Program-made: the position numbers and the translations under genes
In this document: positions 38,611 to 46,897 of the stretch, in pieces
Layout of the letters: each line of letters starts with the position of its first letter
Position numbering within the stretch: the first letter of the stretch is position 1
Origin: a virus
Taxonomy: Duplodnaviria; Caudoviricetes
Reading direction: 5' to 3' (one strand)
DNA length: 53,263 bases
Virus record (IMG/VR): IMGVR_UViG_3300036852_000419
Location: 1-53,263 of that record
Notes under the pieces: generated by a model
Told to the model about the DNA's origin: nothing
What the model saw: the letters and a program-made list of their open reading frames with translations, nothing else
Database searches by the model: none

Positions 38611-40724
38611 GGACTCGGTTCCATTAGCAACCATGCCACAGTGCTTGTGTCACCGTTTGCGCTGCTTGTGATCGTAAATGACGTTGAGGCTGTGCGCGCG
38701 CTCACTCTCACGAAGCCCACAGTACCTCCGTCTGCGTTGCCAGTGAGAAAGATCCTAGTATTCGCCGTAACGCTTGTGTTGTTTACAACCACGCTAGCCG
38801 GACTTCCACCATCAAGAACAGCGGTTCCCATACGAGCATTGGAGCCCTCCTTAACTCTGAATCCAGCACCAGCTACCGATGTCTGAATATGCGAAATGGC
38901 TGATATTACGCCCGAGCCAGGATCAGATTCAGCACCTACATTAAGACTCCCGTTTATGGCAACTTTAGCTAGAGGAGCCGTAAATCCCCCCACACCTAGA
39001 TTCTGCCCCACGGTACTGATAAATAGATAAAGATTTCCATCTTGTTTAAACTCCGTGATGGTATTAGCTCCAGACGCAGTTGAGTCTGTATGAAGTTCAA
39101 GTGACCCAGTGGCGGAGTTTCCATCGATTTTAGCGAATGGCGTTACACCCGCTCTTTGGAACCTTAAAACAGGCGTGCTGCCGGAAATCACTAAGGTAGC
39201 AGCTGGGTCATTTGTCCCGATACCCACATTAGAGTTTAATTCTATACTTCCTGTGCCTGAAGGAAGAATACTGAAGCTTATATTATCGTCTCCTGAGCCC
39301 GCAGTATCAGCGGCCAAAGTAATGCGGTTAGAAGCGATTGTGGTTTTTAAGCGTTCGTGATTGCCTCCATTGTCATTGAGTCTCTGTGGGGCGTAAACAG
39401 TTCCACCTTGCGGGGTATAAAAATCAGGTGTGAGAAAGACCCCTTGGTCTAATAAAGTTTGAAACCATGCATTAGTAGCCGTTCCGACACAGTCGGAAAA
39501 CAGTGAAGGAATCGAAAATATCCCACCACTGACGGTATTATTCGACGCAAATACAATAGGGCGATGTGTGGCGGTCCATGCAGTTGACCATTTTCCACCT
39601 GTGATCTGTGTATTAATCAATAATCTATTTCGATTTGCACCGCGAACAGATGGGGTTGCAAAATCCCATGCTAAGCCAAGTCTGAATAGATCATAAGTTA
39701 TAGACTCACTAAACATCTGATCAAAACAAATACTCCTAGTTCCTGTTTCATCCCCTTGATTCAAAGGATCTATATGAACCCCAACCAAACATGATTCTAT
39801 TCTAGGAGTCGTGAAAATCTGATTCGACACTCTGGTCGTGTTATCTGTAGTCAGAATTAGTATTCCGTAATGGCATTGCTGTGCTGCAAATCCCGTCCAG
39901 TTCGCAAGAGATGAATTTCCGTCGCAATGCAATCCTATAAAATTATCCATGCTGGCAACCTTCGTTGCGTTGACCGGAAACGCAAACTCTGTCCTCAACC
40001 CTTTATAGCAACGACGTATAAGAATGTTATCCAATCTGACATCAAGCGCATTTAACACTTCCAGACCAACTGTAGTGGTTGTATTAGTGACTACACCTAT
40101 GGGATTTGAGGGCTCAGGACCGAGAATGTAGAGATTTCGAATTGCTGTAAATCCGCGTTCATTCACGTTGGCGGCTGACGTAGCTCCTATTTTAAGAAGG
40201 CTCCCAGAAGTTAATCCAGAAGCTGAAAAATCAAGCGTAGCTCCGTTGCCTTCAATGACCCAGGTTTGAACCGGGCTATTCACAGAGTCACTCTGGAGAG
40301 TTTTTACTGAAGTTAGAACGTAAGTCTTTGGTTGAAGTTTTAAAGTGGTTCCGTTAGTGCGCAGAAAATCTAACCCAGCTTGAAATGCTGAATCCCCAGA
40401 GCCGAAATATTCTGGAAATACCTCACCATCAAATTGTCTTATCCATCTCCCTGCTACTCCCGTGGACGGAAATACTATGCCGAGATTCGTGGCTGTGACG
40501 CTTGCAGGAGTGAAAAAGAATAGGCCACCTCCGCCATCATTAGCTGTGACACGGCCTGTAACGAGAGCAGAGAGACGGCTGTTGGCAGGGACGTTCTGCA
40601 CTGTGGCAGCAACCATCTCAGTTACGGTTTGATAACGAACTGTAGGAGTTGTGCCTGTGCCGCCTTGAGATAATGCGAGAATGATGCTCATCGCGAAGAT
40701 AAGCAATGAAGCTAGATGTTTCAT
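38607..40724 (-). CDS. Tailspike-like beta-helix protein with signal peptide
   Basis: ATG at 40724 (MKHLASLLIFAMSIILALSQ); DGGGG..GRW domain, PEYFG..D.AFQAG beta-helix entry, AT-rich central domain. Confidence 0.75.
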   Translation of the reverse strand: MKHLASLLIFAMSIILALSQGGTGTTPTVRYQTVTEMVAATVQNVPANSRLSALVTGRVTANDGGGGLFFFTPASVTATNLGIVFPSTGVAGRWIRQFDGEVFPEYFGSGDSAFQAGLDFLRTNGTTLKLQPKTYVLTSVKTLQSDSVNSPVQTWVIEGNGATLDFSASGLTSGSLLKIGATSAANVNERGFTAIRNLYILGPEPSNPIGVVTNTTTTVGLEVLNALDVRLDNILIRRCYKGLRTEFAFPVNATKVASMDNFIGLHCDGNSSLANWTGFAAQQCHYGILILTTDNTTRVSNQIFTTPRIESCLVGVHIDPLNQGDETGTRSICFDQMFSESITYDLFRLGLAWDFATPSVRGANRNRLLINTQITGGKWSTAWTATHRPIVFASNNTVSGGIFSIPSLFSDCVGTATNAWFQTLLDQGVFLTPDFYTPQGGTVYAPQRLNDNGGNHERLKTTIASNRITLAADTAGSGDDNISFSILPSGTGSIELNSNVGIGTNDPAATLVISGSTPVLRFQRAGVTPFAKIDGNSATGSLELHTDSTASGANTITEFKQDGNLYLFISTVGQNLGVGGFTAPLAKVAINGSLNVGAESDPGSGVISAISHIQTSVAGAGFRVKEGSNARMGTAVLDGGSPASVVVNNTSVTANTRIFLTGNADGGTVGFVRVSARTASTSFTITSSANGDTSTVAWLLMEPSP

Positions 40725-40731
40725 GTGAAAA

Positions 40732-41115
40732 TCAGGCCCAGCCGACATTTGTCCCGACTGTGCCTTGGAAAGTGTATTTCGCACCAGTGTCGAGAGCTGT
40801 GACGAGCTGCCCACAGAACAAGCCTGTGACCACACCGTTAGGATCAGTGGGCGTGCATCCAGGAAGTGCGTTGACAATGTTCGTGTTGATCTCACATAGA
40901 AGCTGAACCATCACGAGCCGAAGCATTCCCGCTGGCAGCGCCGCAAAGCACGCTGCATCATCCATCAGATCTTGAACATTGCATTCAGCCACAGGATCTA
41001 TCGCTTGAAGAATTCGACAGAGAAGTACTGCTTGGAGCGCATCGAGCTGGCCGCTGGTTTCGGCTGCGAAACACGCTGCATCGGCTGTGAGTTCTGAAAC
41101 CGAGCACTCAGCCAT
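40732..41115 (-). CDS. Cys-rich protein with internal repeat
   Basis: Two copies of C.V..L..DAACFAA...G.L......LLC.I. Confidence 0.7.
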   Translation of the reverse strand: MAECSVSELTADAACFAAETSGQLDALQAVLLCRILQAIDPVAECNVQDLMDDAACFAALPAGMLRLVMVQLLCEINTNIVNALPGCTPTDPNGVVTGLFCGQLVTALDTGAKYTFQGTVGTNVGWA

Positions 41116-41121
41116 TTCATG

Positions 41122-41460
41122 TTAGGGGTTGAGAGATTGGATAATACGGCACTGAAGATAGACCTGCATTGCTTCAAGGTCTTTCGCTTGAAAGCACTCC
41201 AACGCTTTACAATCACCTAGTTCAAGGCCCTCACAAACAGTGGTCGCTTGCAAAAGTCTGAGCTGACCGGCAGAGAGACAGGTGAGATCCACCGCTGCGG
41301 CTGACTCAAGAATACTATCCCAATTTCCGCATGAAAACTCCCCATCGAGTTCTGCAAAGATAGCGCAGAGCAAGAGCAAGAGCATCTCTTTCTGTTTGCG
41401 CGCACTCGCGAACTCCAAACAAGGAGACGCTACGGCTACTGTTAAAAGATCACATGCCAT
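41122..41460 (-). CDS. Cys-rich protein, distant paralogue of its neighbour
   Basis: Similar C...L...LLC spacing (CLSAGQLRLLQ, LEAMQVYLQCRII). Confidence 0.65.
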   Translation of the reverse strand: MACDLLTVAVASPCLEFASARKQKEMLLLLLCAIFAELDGEFSCGNWDSILESAAAVDLTCLSAGQLRLLQATTVCEGLELGDCKALECFQAKDLEAMQVYLQCRIIQSLNP

Positions 41461-41475
41461 GAAAGATCCTTTCGC

Positions 41476-43020
41476 TTATGGAGTCGGTTTGATAATGAGC
41501 CAGTTGACTACGCTGTCGTCTTGAGCGTCAGTGCTATTGACAGTGAACGAAACTCCGTTTGAGATCGTGTAACTTAAATGACCGAATTCAGCAGCAGTGC
41601 CGGAGACGCGCTGAATGAAAATCCGATCCCCGGTGGCTGCGCTAGTGTTAGAAACCGCGATAGTGCCGCCAGAGAGAGTAGCCGTCCCCATCCTGGCATT
41701 ACTGCCCTCTTTAATCTGAAATCCATTGCCAGCAGTGCCAAGCACAACATTTCCATTGCTCGCGGTAATTGCTCCGAGAGTCGCTGTGAGCGTGCCAGTG
41801 GCTGTGACGTTACCAGTTGTTCCCGCGTCAACAATCGTCATCAAGCTGTTTGAGCCGTCGGTGACATTCACAGTTCCATCCACGGTGTTATTCAGTGCCT
41901 CGCCGTTAACTAGAGTCAGAACTCCCGTGGATGAGAGAGTGAGCTTTGTAGTGGCTGTCTCACTCGCACCTGTCTGGAAGATGAGCGAGGAGGCGTTGCT
42001 CGTGGCAGAGAAAGTGCCTTCTGCAACTGTGGCGATGGAGCCCGCGACAAGATTCGCATCAGTGCCTGCGGCGTCAAGCGGAGCGTAGAAATTGATCCTG
42101 CCAAGCACGTCGTTGAGAACTACTGAGGGTTCTTTGGTGCCGAGAGTGAGAATCGCCCCGGATGTAGTAAGACCGCCTTGGATTTCAGTTAAAGACGCAG
42201 GTGCCGTAGTGCCGACGCCGACAAGCCCAGCACTTGTAATTCTCATCCATTCCGATATTACACCCCCAGAATTACCCGTATGAAACCGAAGAGCGCCAGA
42301 TTCGTCTCCAGCAGACCCATTCTCTTTATAACCGTCGATAATTCCCAAAGTACTAGTTGACGTTTGTGCTGTGTTGTAACCGGAAAAGTAAAGCGTCGCT
42401 CCGACACCCTGAACCATCGAAGTCGTGTCTCTTAAATATAAAACAGCATTACCGGAAGAGCCAAAACTCTTAGCTACTGTTTTATCCACGTGTAAAGCCG
42501 TCAACGGATTAGCTGTCCTGACACCTACATTGCCAGAAGTTGCGTTAAGGATCGTATTGTTACCGATATTGTTGATATGAAGATTCTTACCGCTGAAGGT
42601 CTGAATGTAAGCGATGTCGTTATCTGCGCCGATACCAAGTAAATTGGTAGCACCTGCACCACGCAAGAGTTTCCATGCATACTCTGTGTCGATAGCTGGA
42701 TTAACAGCGGCTGTCTGATAAGCCACACTCGTCGGTAGCTTCCACCAGCGACCGTTGTTGTTCACGGGCTTGAAGACTGCGTAAACGTTCGTGACAGCGC
42801 TAGAGTTACCGTCGTAGAAGAACATCCCACCCAGACCGTCGTCGCGAGCACTGCCACCACCTACCCAGGCGGTGACTTTGGCGTCGGAGCCAAAGAGCGT
42901 GATCTGGAGCAGCGCGTTGATAGAGTCCACGCGATACTGAGTGGGACCGGACTGAGCGAGCGCGGGCAAGGCTGTCGAGAGCAGAGCTAGCGTGGCGAAG
43001 AGAGAAGTGAATAGTTTCAT
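41476..43020 (-). CDS. Tail fibre-like protein with signal peptide
   Basis: ATG at 43020 (MKLFTSLFATLALLSTALPALAQ); GNVGV.T.NP and MRITSAGLVGVGTTAP repeats; shares N- and C-terminal domains with 38607..40724. Confidence 0.75.
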   Translation of the reverse strand: MKLFTSLFATLALLSTALPALAQSGPTQYRVDSINALLQITLFGSDAKVTAWVGGGSARDDGLGGMFFYDGNSSAVTNVYAVFKPVNNNGRWWKLPTSVAYQTAAVNPAIDTEYAWKLLRGAGATNLLGIGADNDIAYIQTFSGKNLHINNIGNNTILNATSGNVGVRTANPLTALHVDKTVAKSFGSSGNAVLYLRDTTSMVQGVGATLYFSGYNTAQTSTSTLGIIDGYKENGSAGDESGALRFHTGNSGGVISEWMRITSAGLVGVGTTAPASLTEIQGGLTTSGAILTLGTKEPSVVLNDVLGRINFYAPLDAAGTDANLVAGSIATVAEGTFSATSNASSLIFQTGASETATTKLTLSSTGVLTLVNGEALNNTVDGTVNVTDGSNSLMTIVDAGTTGNVTATGTLTATLGAITASNGNVVLGTAGNGFQIKEGSNARMGTATLSGGTIAVSNTSAATGDRIFIQRVSGTAAEFGHLSYTISNGVSFTVNSTDAQDDSVVNWLIIKPTP

Positions 43021-43080
43021 TTTCAGCTTAGAGATAGAGTTCAAGTTTTTCAGGTTCAAAATGAGAGTTCAGCGTCGTAA

Positions 43081-44625
43081 TTATGTGACCCAGGTGATCT
43101 CCACGTCGTTACAGGTGGGCTCGGTGAGCAGGATCTGAGTGCCTTCCTGGACCCAGAGACCAAGAGAGCTGTAGCTGGCGTTGAGGCTGACCACGAGGTC
43201 TGTGATCGTGGCCTCCGAGATTGCAGGACCAGTGACCACCGTGCCATCGCAAGTGATGGTGTTCGCGGCAATGACAAAGTTACCGTCAGCATCCTCCTCC
43301 GGCGTGAAGCTCAGCGTTGAGCCTTCGCAGCGGTCGTTGGAGCTGTTGTAGTATTGATAGGGGTAGCCAGGGTCGGCTGCGCATGTATCCACGGTAACGA
43401 TGACAGCGGCCTCGCGCTTGTGGAAGATTAGCTCGCTGAACTCCACATACTGAGGCTTGAACGCGAGCTTGAAGTCAGCGAGAAACTGACCTTTGTTCCG
43501 GCGCTTGTTCTCGATAGTGCGTCCGTTGCAATCCTCGCCGAGGTTATCCATGACGAATTGCCACTGACCACCGAGAGAGCGGTTAGCGAAGGGCATGAGC
43601 GGGTTGACGCTCTCAGTGCGAGCGATGAGGACCATGCCCGCGCGTCGATGCCAGATGTGAGACCACTGATACTGCGCGGTCTCAAAATCAGGGTTGTATT
43701 CGCTGCCAATGCCTTGAGTGGCAGCGACGTTGCGATACGGGAGCACGACCTGCATGCGGTTGGCGCTGCCAGCGGGGTCGGGGCTGTGGTTGAAGCGGAT
43801 GATGAACGGATCAACGCGCGTCACATACTGACCGAGCTGTCCGTTGAAAGCATATTTGTAGAACTTGTTCGCGGCTTCCCACTCTTGAAAGCGCCACTTG
43901 TCATTGACGTTGGAGTCAGCGATGGCTTTGTCGAGATCCCAGAGAGTATTGTAGTCGGTGACGAGTTCGATCAGCGGTGGCATGTCCTTGAAAGGCTGCT
44001 TACCGAAGTAGCCTTCGAACATGAGGCGACCGACACGGCGCTGAAGCATCTGAGGGGTGAGCTTAGAGGTCGGGATCGCTGACGGGATCATGTAGATCTC
44101 ATCGTTCCCCACCACGCTCCACGTGTAAGTGAACTCCGTCATGGTAGCGTTCGCGACCCACTTCTTGCCAGCGTGATCGGCAGCGCGCTTGCGGAGATAG
44201 AAAGACATGATGCGCGAAGTAGCAGGGCGCAGGATATCGGAGACGATCTGAGCGAAGTGCTCTTTGGCGCGCGTGACTTGGAGGATCTGATCGAAACAGA
44301 GGAGATCAGTGACCCAGCTCTGTTGTTCGAGAGAATATTCTACGCGATCATAGCCCCAGCCGATGAGGTTCTCGTTAGGGTCGCAAGGCGTTCCGATACA
44401 AGAACCTGCGGGCGTCGCCTCCCACTCCTTCGTCACATTCGGCATGACCTGCCGAAAGCGATCAAAGACGTGAGTATTGTTCGAGAAGGGCTCCCATTGA
44501 CCGGTTTCGACGTGACCAATCCAGCCGTCTTCGGGGCGAATGTCGCGGATGATTAGCTCGTCGTAGACGGGCGTTTGGGTGACTAAGAACTCTGCGAACT
44601 GCGTGCCTGTGACACATTGGCTCAT
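43081..44625 (-). CDS. Major capsid protein (with C-terminal extension)
   Basis: 514 aa, first gene after a strong promoter, no other MCP candidate; assigned by size and context. Confidence 0.7.
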   Translation of the reverse strand: MSQCVTGTQFAEFLVTQTPVYDELIIRDIRPEDGWIGHVETGQWEPFSNNTHVFDRFRQVMPNVTKEWEATPAGSCIGTPCDPNENLIGWGYDRVEYSLEQQSWVTDLLCFDQILQVTRAKEHFAQIVSDILRPATSRIMSFYLRKRAADHAGKKWVANATMTEFTYTWSVVGNDEIYMIPSAIPTSKLTPQMLQRRVGRLMFEGYFGKQPFKDMPPLIELVTDYNTLWDLDKAIADSNVNDKWRFQEWEAANKFYKYAFNGQLGQYVTRVDPFIIRFNHSPDPAGSANRMQVVLPYRNVAATQGIGSEYNPDFETAQYQWSHIWHRRAGMVLIARTESVNPLMPFANRSLGGQWQFVMDNLGEDCNGRTIENKRRNKGQFLADFKLAFKPQYVEFSELIFHKREAAVIVTVDTCAADPGYPYQYYNSSNDRCEGSTLSFTPEEDADGNFVIAANTITCDGTVVTGPAISEATITDLVVSLNASYSSLGLWVQEGTQILLTEPTCNDVEITWVT

Positions 44626-44794
44626 GATAAGGAAATCGTTAATGCAAAGCTAATGCTTCGCTTACTCGCGCTTTTCAGAGCGCACTGTGACGAACGATTT
44701 CCTATCTGGACCCCCGCGTGCTAAGAGCTTCGTCAGATGCTCAGACCGCTAAACGCAGATTTCGGTGACGAATCCGATACATCCTACTTTCGGA

Positions 44795-44823
44795 AGTCTA
44801 TATCGTTAACGGAAGACTGTCAA
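44795..44823 (-). promoter_or_regulatory. Promoter of the capsid operon
   Basis: Minus strand TTGACA-17 nt-TAGACT. Confidence 0.7.
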
Positions 44824-44938
44824 GGAGAGAATTGTTCCACGTGATACAAAGAAGAAGCCCCGTTAGCTGAAGCTAGGAGGCCGTAACCGAAGCTAACCAG
44901 AGACGCGACTCTAGCACCCCTCCGCCTCGCGTGTCCAG

Positions 44939-44974
44939 CAAAAAGCCCCTGAACGCGTGACCGCTCAGAGGCTT
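44939..44974 (-). terminator. Intrinsic terminator-like hairpin
   Basis: Minus strand AAGCCTCTGAGCG...CGTTCAGGGGCTTTTT. Confidence 0.6.
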
Positions 44975-45046
44975 CGAGGCTCCACACGGAACCTGGACGT
45001 GGTTTTCGTGCAAAAGAAGGCTAACAGCGTCTGAGTCTCCAGTCTA

Positions 45047-45088
45047 GAAAAAAGAGCCCCGCTCTTGTAATGCACGAAAGCGAGGCTT
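45047..45088 (-). terminator. Intrinsic terminator-like hairpin
   Basis: Minus strand AGCCTCGCTTT...AGAGCGGGGCTCTTTTTT. Confidence 0.6.
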
Positions 45089-45150
45089 CAGCGTTCCCTA
45101 CAGATCAGCGCGAGAAAGGCATCTCGCTATGGACAACTCCTTGAAAAAGC

Positions 45151-45372
45151 TTATGGCACATCCTGCTCTTTAAACTTCGCGACGGGTTCACGAGGCGAGA
45201 TTTCCCATGGCATCGGACCGACTTTGAGGTGATTCACGTGAGCCAGCGGGTCGCCAGCGTCGCTCGCGAGCGTGGACTTCGAAACTACTTTCGAGGTCCA
45301 GAGCATGGAGTCGGTGGAGGGAGCTGAGCCGATGCTGGTCAGCTTGGCGGCGGGGTTGAGCATTTCGTTCAT
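45151..45372 (-). CDS. Hypothetical protein
   Basis: ORF ahead of a terminator; start is approximate. Confidence 0.45.
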   Translation of the reverse strand: MNEMLNPAAKLTSIGSAPSTDSMLWTSKVVSKSTLASDAGDPLAHVNHLKVGPMPWEISPREPVAKFKEQDVP

Positions 45373-45376
45373 AAGA

Positions 45377-45610
45377 TTAGCAGATGATCTCAGGGAGCCA
45401 GTGAGGTGTCGTAGTATCTCGCGTAAACATCGGAAGTCCCCATTGTGGATAAGGCACTGATTTCTCGACCACACGCTCGATCACCGGAAATACGTTGCGC
45501 GGCGAGAGCGTCTCGTTGAGCACTCGCTGAAGCTCTTTAGCTTCTTCGAGAGTGAGTTCCAGAGTGTGAGTACCGACTGTGAGAATGAGCTTTTCGAGTT
45601 TGGCTTTCAT
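45377..45610 (-). CDS. Hypothetical protein
   Basis: MKAKLEKL...ELTLEEAKELQRVLNE. Confidence 0.55.
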   Translation of the reverse strand: MKAKLEKLILTVGTHTLELTLEEAKELQRVLNETLSPRNVFPVIERVVEKSVPYPQWGLPMFTRDTTTPHWLPEIIC

Positions 45611-45698
45611 GAGAGTGGTTGCGAAGCCTTCGAGTTGCACGAAGCTAAACCTGGTTATGAGCCGGGTTCAGACAATTGGCCTGCCGCCCGCAATAAAA

Positions 45699-45905
45699 TT
45701 AGACTGGTTCGCCCGGCTTGCCAGGATCAGTCGTGCCGTCGTAGCCGCTACTGCCGCTGGTGATGATGGTCGCGCTCGACTTGGGACTGCCGCCGTCGGC
45801 TCCGACGGCGCTAGTGTGGAGCTGCATCAACGTAGCCTCAGAACTAAACATAGGCGTCGGTGTAGGCATAGAGAGCGGCACAAGAGTTTGGGAATTCGAA
45901 TTCAT
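45699..45905 (-). CDS. Small Ser/Thr/Gly-rich protein
   Basis: ORF downstream of a minus-strand TTGACA. Confidence 0.45.
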   Translation of the reverse strand: MNSNSQTLVPLSMPTPTPMFSSEATLMQLHTSAVGADGGSPKSSATIITSGSSGYDGTTDPGKPGEPV

Positions 45906-45916
45906 GGTAAAAGATG

Positions 45917-45942
45917 TTGACATTTCCCCTAGAAATTGTCAA
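45917..45942. promoter_or_regulatory. Inverted repeat made of two opposed TTGACA boxes at a strand switch
   Basis: TTGACATTTC-CCCTA-GAAATTGTCAA. Confidence 0.55.
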
Positions 45943-46071
45943 GCTCTCTCTCGTGACGCTCGTATTTCAGACAACAACTCTTTCCGTGCATGTGGAGCCG
46001 CTTAGAACGGATGAGCGTCACAACTCCCTTTCTGATTTCTCTACATGCGCGATTTTCTAAGGAATGGTCAA

Positions 46072-46689
46072 ATGAGCAAAGCAACTCAAATCGGGACAGA
46101 CATCAGCAACGACGGACAGTTTACGGTGGACTGCTCGAAACCTTACATTGCCACAGTGGTCATCGAAGGCGTGTGCGATCTGTTGTTTCATCGCTGGTCC
46201 AACGAAGATGTGGAAGCTAAAGGGAATGCTGCTAAAGGCAGCAAAGCCAAGAAGCAGGACAACCTGGAGGCTTACGTGTATCGCACCGATGACGGGATGC
46301 TAGCTATTCCCGGCACTTACCTGAGAGGCGCAATTGTGGCCGCAGCCAAATTCAAGCAAGACCCACGCTCACCTCGCAAGTCAATGTGTGATCTGGCGAA
46401 GGCTGCTGTGGTACCGCTTACTGTACTGGCGTCACTTGGAGTGAAAGCTTGGGATTACGAGGACAGGCAGCGAGTCACAATCCAGCGCAATGCCATCACG
46501 CGCTGCCGTCCTGCTATGAAAACTGGATGGAGAGCTGAATTTAACCTGCTTTGCAATCTTCCAGAATATGTGTCGCCGCAGTGCTTGAATGAGCTTATTC
46601 AGAGCGCAGGGAGACTGATCGGGCTGGCTGATTTCAGACCTAGCTACGGAAGATTCTCAGTGATTGGATTTTCAGTCCATCAGGACTGA
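46072..46689 (+). CDS. Stand-alone RAMP/Cas7-like protein
   Basis: N-terminal strand VVIEGVCDLLFH; AIPGTYLRGAI, similar to the RAMP IPGSSLKGAlR helix motif; C-terminal Gly loop IGLADFRPSYGRF. ATG at 46072 has AAGGAA upstream; alternative start at 46045. Confidence 0.75.
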   Translation: MSKATQIGTDISNDGQFTVDCSKPYIATVVIEGVCDLLFHRWSNEDVEAKGNAAKGSKAKKQDNLEAYVYRTDDGMLAIPGTYLRGAIVAAAKFKQDPRSPRKSMCDLAKAAVVPLTVLASLGVKAWDYEDRQRVTIQRNAITRCRPAMKTGWRAEFNLLCNLPEYVSPQCLNELIQSAGRLIGLADFRPSYGRFSVIGFSVHQD

Positions 46690-46894
46690 GTTGGAGTAAG
46701 ATCGGATGGGGTGCGATGTGGTCTGGTTTGGTCGTGCTGGGTCCGGTTCGGTGTGGCGAGATGCGGTGCGATTTGGTCTGATCGGGTTAGGTAGTGTGTG
46801 TTGTGGTATGATTAGGCTTGGCACGGTTAGGTCAATCGAGGTCCGCTACGGTGCGGTTGCGGTGTGCTTGGTTAGGGTGCGTTATGTCAGGGTA
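46690..46894 (+). ncRNA. Pentamer-periodic (GGY-NN)n array, putative guide RNA of the RAMP protein
   Basis: 41 consecutive 5-nt units; 21 start with GGT/GGC and 7 with GAT, while positions 4-5 vary. Flanked by the RAMP stop codon and a terminator. Confidence 0.75.
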
Positions 46895-46897
46895 TTC

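Noticed and set aside
40725-40895. Upstream extension of the 762-aa tailspike ORF
   Set aside because: It overlaps the 127-aa Cys-rich gene; ATG 40724 gives a clean signal peptide
46690-46894. Canonical CRISPR array next to the Cas7-like gene
   Set aside because: There are no 25-40-nt direct repeats separated by spacers; the period is 5 nt
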